Shown here: positions 39,199 to 43,471 of the stretch, piece after piece
How positions within the stretch are numbered: position 1 is the first letter of the stretch
Layout of the letters: every line of letters begins with the position of its first letter
Source: Armatimonadota bacterium
Lineage (GTDB): Bacteria; Armatimonadota; Fimbriimonadia; Fimbriimonadales; GBS-DC
DNA: 43,471 bases
Direction of reading: 5' to 3'
Assembly (NCBI GenBank): GCA_037445735.1
Contig: JBBIJY010000023.1
Location: 1 to 43,471, forward strand
Program-made: the position numbers and the translations under genes
The notes under the pieces: generated by a model
The model's database searches: none
What the model was told of the DNA's origin: nothing
What the model saw: only the letters and a program-made list of their open reading frames with translations

Positions 39199-40591
39199 AC
39201 GAATGGCAGGTGGCATGTTGAGCCGTTTTCGCTGGATTGTGAGTCTTGCGATCGCGCTTGGGAGCGCGCCCATGCTGACGCATGCTCAGCTCGATCTGGA
39301 GCTGGATGGCATCCCGCTGGGCGTCGCGCTGCAGATTATCGCGCGTCAGGCGAATGTGAACCTGATGCTGGCAGGGGGCGACGATCTCAAGGTCACGGCA
39401 CATCTCAAGCAGGTGACGGTGGAGCAGGCACTGGAGGTGATTTTGCGTCCGCTGGGGCTGGCGTTCCGCAAGGTGCAGGGCTGCTATGTGGTGGGCAAGC
39501 CGGAGCAGTTAGCCATCTGGGACGCGCCTGCTACCGCCAGCACGCCCAACCAGCAGGCGACGCCCATCGTGGAGATTTACACCGCGCGCTTCGTGGACCC
39601 GCAGGCGCTCCTGCAGACGCTGAGCCAGCTCCATCCCGATGTGAAGGTTCTGCCAGGCGTACCCTCACTCGCGCCCACGATTGGAGGCGGCACCAGCCAG
39701 AGCGCGCCTTCAGCACCCACTCTTAGCGAATCGACCGCAACGGGCGCCAGCACCGGCGAAACGACCGCGCAGGGCACTTCAGCGACCGCGAGTCGGGCAA
39801 CGGTGCGCACGCTCCTGCTGTATGGGCTGCCCGCGAGCGTGCAGGCGGCGCTGGAGACGGCGCAACGGCTCGATCAGCCCCCGACCCAGATACGAATCGA
39901 GGTGATTGTGTCCGACATTGCCCGCTCGTCGCTGAAGGAGCTGGGGCTGGATTATAACTGGAGCAAGTTCGGCGTGCAGGAGATTGTGCGCCCGGGTGAG
40001 CAGTCGTCGGTTGCCAACGAGGCGCTGTTGACCCCGCCCGACAAGAGCCGATTCTGGCGCACGCCCATCAGCATCGAGGCGACGCTGAAGGCGATGGAGC
40101 AGCGCGGGCTGGCGAAACTGCTGGCGAACCCCAGCGTGTCGGTGCTGAACGGCGAGACCGCTCAGGTGCTGATTGGCGACCGCATTCTCTACCCGGTGGT
40201 GTCGGGCACCACCACAGCGGGCACGCCACTGTTCGATGTGCGCCAGCAGGAGGTCGGGATCGTGCTGCAGGTGCGCGCCTACGCCGAGCCGGGCGGCACC
40301 ATCACGCTGGACATCTATCCGCAGGTGAGCCTTATCACGGGCTTTTTGCGCGTGGGCGACAGCAGCTTCCCCCAGATTTCCACGCGCGAGCTGCGCACCA
40401 AGATTCGCGTGCGGGACGGCGCCCAGATCGCGCTCGGCGGACTGCTACGCGAGGAAGAGACCCGCACGCTGCAACAGGTGCCCATCCTGTCGCAGATTCC
40501 CGTGCTGGGCGAGCTGTTCAAAAGCCGCCGCCGCTCCACCACCCAGAACGAGCTGGTCATCTTCCTCAAGCCCGAAATCATTCGGGAATGA
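39188..40591 (+). CDS. Secretin (PilQ/GspD family)
   Basis: Signal peptide, an N0-like region, LDQPPTQIRIEV, AKLLANPSVSVLNGETA, IALGGL, VPILSQIPVLGELFK and ELVIFLKPEII. Confidence 0.92.
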   Translation: MRPERMAGGMLSRFRWIVSLAIALGSAPMLTHAQLDLELDGIPLGVALQIIARQANVNLMLAGGDDLKVTAHLKQVTVEQALEVILRPLGLAFRKVQGCYVVGKPEQLAIWDAPATASTPNQQATPIVEIYTARFVDPQALLQTLSQLHPDVKVLPGVPSLAPTIGGGTSQSAPSAPTLSESTATGASTGETTAQGTSATASRATVRTLLLYGLPASVQAALETAQRLDQPPTQIRIEVIVSDIARSSLKELGLDYNWSKFGVQEIVRPGEQSSVANEALLTPPDKSRFWRTPISIEATLKAMEQRGLAKLLANPSVSVLNGETAQVLIGDRILYPVVSGTTTAGTPLFDVRQQEVGIVLQVRAYAEPGGTITLDIYPQVSLITGFLRVGDSSFPQISTRELRTKIRVRDGAQIALGGLLREEETRTLQQVPILSQIPVLGELFKSRRRSTTQNELVIFLKPEIIRE

Positions 40592-40700
40592 GAGCAGGCA
40601 ACCAGATCGGCTCGAAGAGGTCTCCTGGCTCACGGATAAAACGGCGCAGGCAGATGAGGCACATCAGGCGCGTAACCGAAAAAGGATTTCAGTTTAGCCG

Positions 40701-41241
40701 CTATCCTCCCGAGGCAGGTCGGGGTGTACCTGGGGGCAGATCAGGTACTACTGGTTGACCGGGATAGTAATACTGAATCTTCTCTATTCGCAAGCGATTA
40801 TGAGTACCAGGAGCACCCCAAAGCTCTACAACCACGGGATTCCCTGAAACACCAAAGATTCTATAGCGCCACCGTTGCAAGTGGAGCAGTTGATAATCCT
40901 CTGAGCGAGAGTGCCCACAGGGGTCAGCGGATATGACACGCACAAAGCTGCCTTCACCTAACTCTGTGCCCTGCAGAATAAGGAGACATATATCTGCCTC
41001 CGGATCAGGATGTCCTACCTGCAAGCGATACAGGAGTTTTGTCTGGTTGGAGGTGTTCACCAGTTTACCGCTATCCAGCGCCACTGTCAGATAGCCACCT
41101 CTGTACACAGCCATAGATTTAGAGGGCGGCTGGCGATAGGAAGCGTGCCGACCCACCCAGTAAAAAAAAAAGAGCACCTATTCCGATTCCTGTTGCAAGT
41201 ATTAATATCATCACGACTATGTATTTTCTAATAGGGAACAT
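40701..41241 (-). pseudogene. Membrane-anchored hypothetical protein frameshifted at a T10 tract
   Basis: AGGAGGG, then ATG 41241, reads MFPIRKYIVVMILILATGIGIGAL. T9 instead of T10 (41162-41171) would join this to ORF 40701..41177 (FFYWVGRH...). gggTACAAT is upstream. Confidence 0.7.
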
Positions 41242-41284
41242 CTCTCTGCCCTCCTGCTGTAGAACGATTGTACCCTAACCCTAA

Positions 41285-41510
41285 GAGACTGTCCAAGAAA
41301 AGGAACCGAGTAATACACACGACCAGCTGCCGAGTCGTGCAGCGCAATATCCGACTATCTTGCGGCTCAAGCCGTGCCTGTGCAAACGGAGCCGACCTTC
41401 GTCGGCTGAGAGCCCGCGCAGGCGTGCTTTGTCTGTGTAGGCACAACTTCAGCCGTCTTGTTCAAGTAGCGAATTAATTCCACCCTGTTCACTTTCTTGG
41501 ACAGATTCTC
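41285..41510. mobile_element. MITE-like non-coding element with terminal inverted repeats
   Basis: CTGTCCAAGAAA (41289-41300) and TTTCTTGGACAG (41493-41504) form a perfect 12-bp IR, extendable to 16/18. It contains internal REP-like hairpins. No transposase. Confidence 0.5.
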
Positions 41511-42624
41511 ACCAGTCCGATGCGAAAACATCGGGTGAACCGAACTTATATCCATTCTGCACCTCTCTGACAATCCACTGAACCGCCTCGCTGGGATGCT
41601 GACTTAGCTGATCTAACATCTCTTGCGTCCATTCGCGCGGAAATCCTCCAAGCAACCATCCCCAGAGCCGTTGTTCTCTTGGTGTTGGTGACCATGACGA
41701 ATCGCGAATCCGCTGTGCTAACTGTGCCTGCAGATATGTCCAAGCCGTCGAACCCTCGTCCACAAAAGCCTGCACCTCATAGCAAATCATCGTCGTAACA
41801 ATCTGATGGCTCATAATAGTTTCAAACAACCACTTGACCCGCTCTGCTGGCGACATTCTGCACAAACGAAGACGCAGAGTAGGAGCATATTCCCAGCCAA
41901 AAGCGTTCCCCTTCGCCAGCAGCGCCTCAACCACCTGAGGTGCTTCAGCAACGCCATTGGCATACGCCTTGCATGCCATATCAGCTAAGCAGTTCAGGGC
42001 TATTGCAGCAAGAATCCATTCGCGCATCTCCTCTTTGCTGCGCTCCACCATGCGCTTCCCTTCACTCAGAATAGTTTCCACATATTCGTATGAAAAAAGT
42101 CCAGCTGCTTGCAGGAAAATTTGCAGTTTTCTCTGCCAGTCGGATAAGGAGCGCGGATGCGGTACCGCCGCTTCTGCGCGAATACGCGCGATGGCGATAT
42201 CGATCCACGGCTTGAGCAGCTCGGCATAGGCTGTATCAAGGCTTGCACGAAAGGCTTCGATTTCGGGTATCGCGCGTGGATCACCTATCCGCCCCAAAGC
42301 TGTCAAAATAGCAACTCTGTAGTGAAAAGTAGGCGTGCTGGAATGCCCAATATCCGGCTGGCGTCCTACCGGAATATTCATAGCAAAAACAGGTGGATGC
42401 TTCAACTGATCAATTAGCCAGCCGGTTTGACTTCTATCGCGAGCCAATCCGATGGCGCGGGCACGAGCTATCAGGGTGGAATACTCCCATACCTTGGTGG
42501 CTTCGGGTTTGCTGCCAACCGTCCTTCGCTCATGCTGAGCCTGCGGCGTCTGGGTGAAACTGTGCGATAATACTACAGCCATTAAAATGCACATAGCCAT
42601 AGTTGCCATCGGTCTCGATTTCAT
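41509..42624 (-). CDS. Secreted protein with HEAT/PBS-lyase-like repeat; candidate immunity/partner protein
   Basis: GGAGG SD, signal-like MKSRPMATMAMCILMAVVLSHSF, and RVAILTALGRIGDPRAIPEI. Confidence 0.7.
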   Translation of the reverse strand: MKSRPMATMAMCILMAVVLSHSFTQTPQAQHERRTVGSKPEATKVWEYSTLIARARAIGLARDRSQTGWLIDQLKHPPVFAMNIPVGRQPDIGHSSTPTFHYRVAILTALGRIGDPRAIPEIEAFRASLDTAYAELLKPWIDIAIARIRAEAAVPHPRSLSDWQRKLQIFLQAAGLFSYEYVETILSEGKRMVERSKEEMREWILAAIALNCLADMACKAYANGVAEAPQVVEALLAKGNAFGWEYAPTLRLRLCRMSPAERVKWLFETIMSHQIVTTMICYEVQAFVDEGSTAWTYLQAQLAQRIRDSSWSPTPREQRLWGWLLGGFPREWTQEMLDQLSQHPSEAVQWIVREVQNGYKFGSPDVFASDW

Positions 42625-42638
42625 GGTCAACCCTCCGT

Positions 42639-43471
42639 CTAAGGAATGTCGGTCAAATAATCGTCCAAACGGGGATGCGCAGCTGAATATGTCCAGGGAA
42701 ACGGCGAAGCAGGTATGCGATGTTGCAAACCGCATTCCGCCCAATCCTCCTTCCATTTTTCCTTATTCTGTAGGAGCGCTCCATACTCTCGAATCAATGC
42801 TACAACCTCACCGTCTCGGAATGTGCCGTGCGCTGTAAAGCAGGTTGTAGGATCAAGCCCATGTTGAATCTCCCAGGAATCTAACAGGCCATCCCCATCA
42901 CGGTCTGAATCAGCATCCGAACAACAGAAAAGATCAATCCCTTGCTGCCAAAGACTCTTATGCGTTCGCTCATGTTCGACAACACCGATAAATTTGTGGA
43001 ATCCACGCACTCCTCTCAGATCATCGTTAGAATATGTAATAAGGTTCCGCCCCCCACGCTCTTGTAAGACAAAAAGAGGAACCTCACGCACAGGGCTGCA
43101 TGGGGAGAGCTGCGCAAAAAGTAGAATATCCCCACTAAATGGGCAGAAAGCTGCGTATTCATTTCCATAGCTGCCCCCCCAGCTAACTTCTCCGGCGACT
43201 CCATACGCGTGCGAATAGTAATACAGCCAGTTAGGAACTTCGGCTCTGCTCGGAACACCGTTCGTACACATGGATCCCAGAGACAAACATCGGCTTAGAT
43301 CACCTTCCCAGCAAGCTAAGGTCAAGCAAGGTCTAAATTCTGGATTTTTACTGGCAGGTACTTCAGATATTGAATGATTCGCTGCGTCTGCTGGATAAAA
43401 CACCTCCACCTCGGCGTAATCCACCTTCCCCTGCTTGCTCTCAAACAGAACCTTCTTCTTCCCAAAGTCCG
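42639..43471 (-). CDS. C-terminal part of a putative zinc metallopeptidase (HExxH) with a Ca-binding DxDxDG/TSP3-like motif (5'-partial)
   Basis: The frame is open to the window edge (DFGKKKVLFESKQGKVDY...). It contains VVEHERTH at about 42960-42974, DSDRDGDGLLDSWEIQHGLDP and a downstream Glu (DGEV), and is Cys-rich. Confidence 0.65.
   Translation of the reverse strand, partial: DFGKKKVLFESKQGKVDYAEVEVFYPADAANHSISEVPASKNPEFRPCLTLACWEGDLSRCLSLGSMCTNGVPSRAEVPNWLYYYSHAYGVAGEVSWGGSYGNEYAAFCPFSGDILLFAQLSPCSPVREVPLFVLQERGGRNLITYSNDDLRGVRGFHKFIGVVEHERTHKSLWQQGIDLFCCSDADSDRDGDGLLDSWEIQHGLDPTTCFTAHGTFRDGEVVALIREYGALLQNKEKWKEDWAECGLQHRIPASPFPWTYSAAHPRLDDYLTDIP

Overview
GC-rich bacterial chromosome segment. 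It is probably from a thermophilic Armatimonadota (Fimbriimonadales-like) organism; this is inferred from a decayed C-terminal 'GDxxGDG..DDADLL.VLFNFG.GC' motif and has not been verified. The core genes are rnc, mtnP, darA/pstA, tmk, a Ycf45-like AAA-R3H protein, an aldehyde dehydrogenase, galT, an MBL-rhodanese fusion, clpB, cstA, dnaB, pyrF, an M14 peptidase, MacA/MacB-type export components and a pilMNOP-secretin operon. Three accessory zones stand out. (i) 1-1.3 kb: a disrupted 26-aa-repeat fibre-like gene followed by REP-type palindromes. (ii) 15.2-20.4 kb: a rearrangement hotspot. A [racemase-DUF418-antitoxin-VapC] unit was tandemly duplicated and then lost reciprocal parts at microhomologies. 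A decayed secreted-protein remnant lies between the two copies, and an orphan Rhs toxin tip with a candidate membrane immunity gene follows them. (iii) 40.6-43.5 kb: a lower-GC island with an HExxH/DxDxDG protein, a secreted HEAT-like partner, a MITE-like element and a gene frameshifted at a T10 tract. Across the window, many genes have a GG(G)-TANNNT box 6-9 nt before the start codon, which suggests widespread leaderless transcription with a G-rich extended -10. No CRISPR array, tRNA/rRNA or transposase was recognised. All calls were made by eye; no database searches were run.
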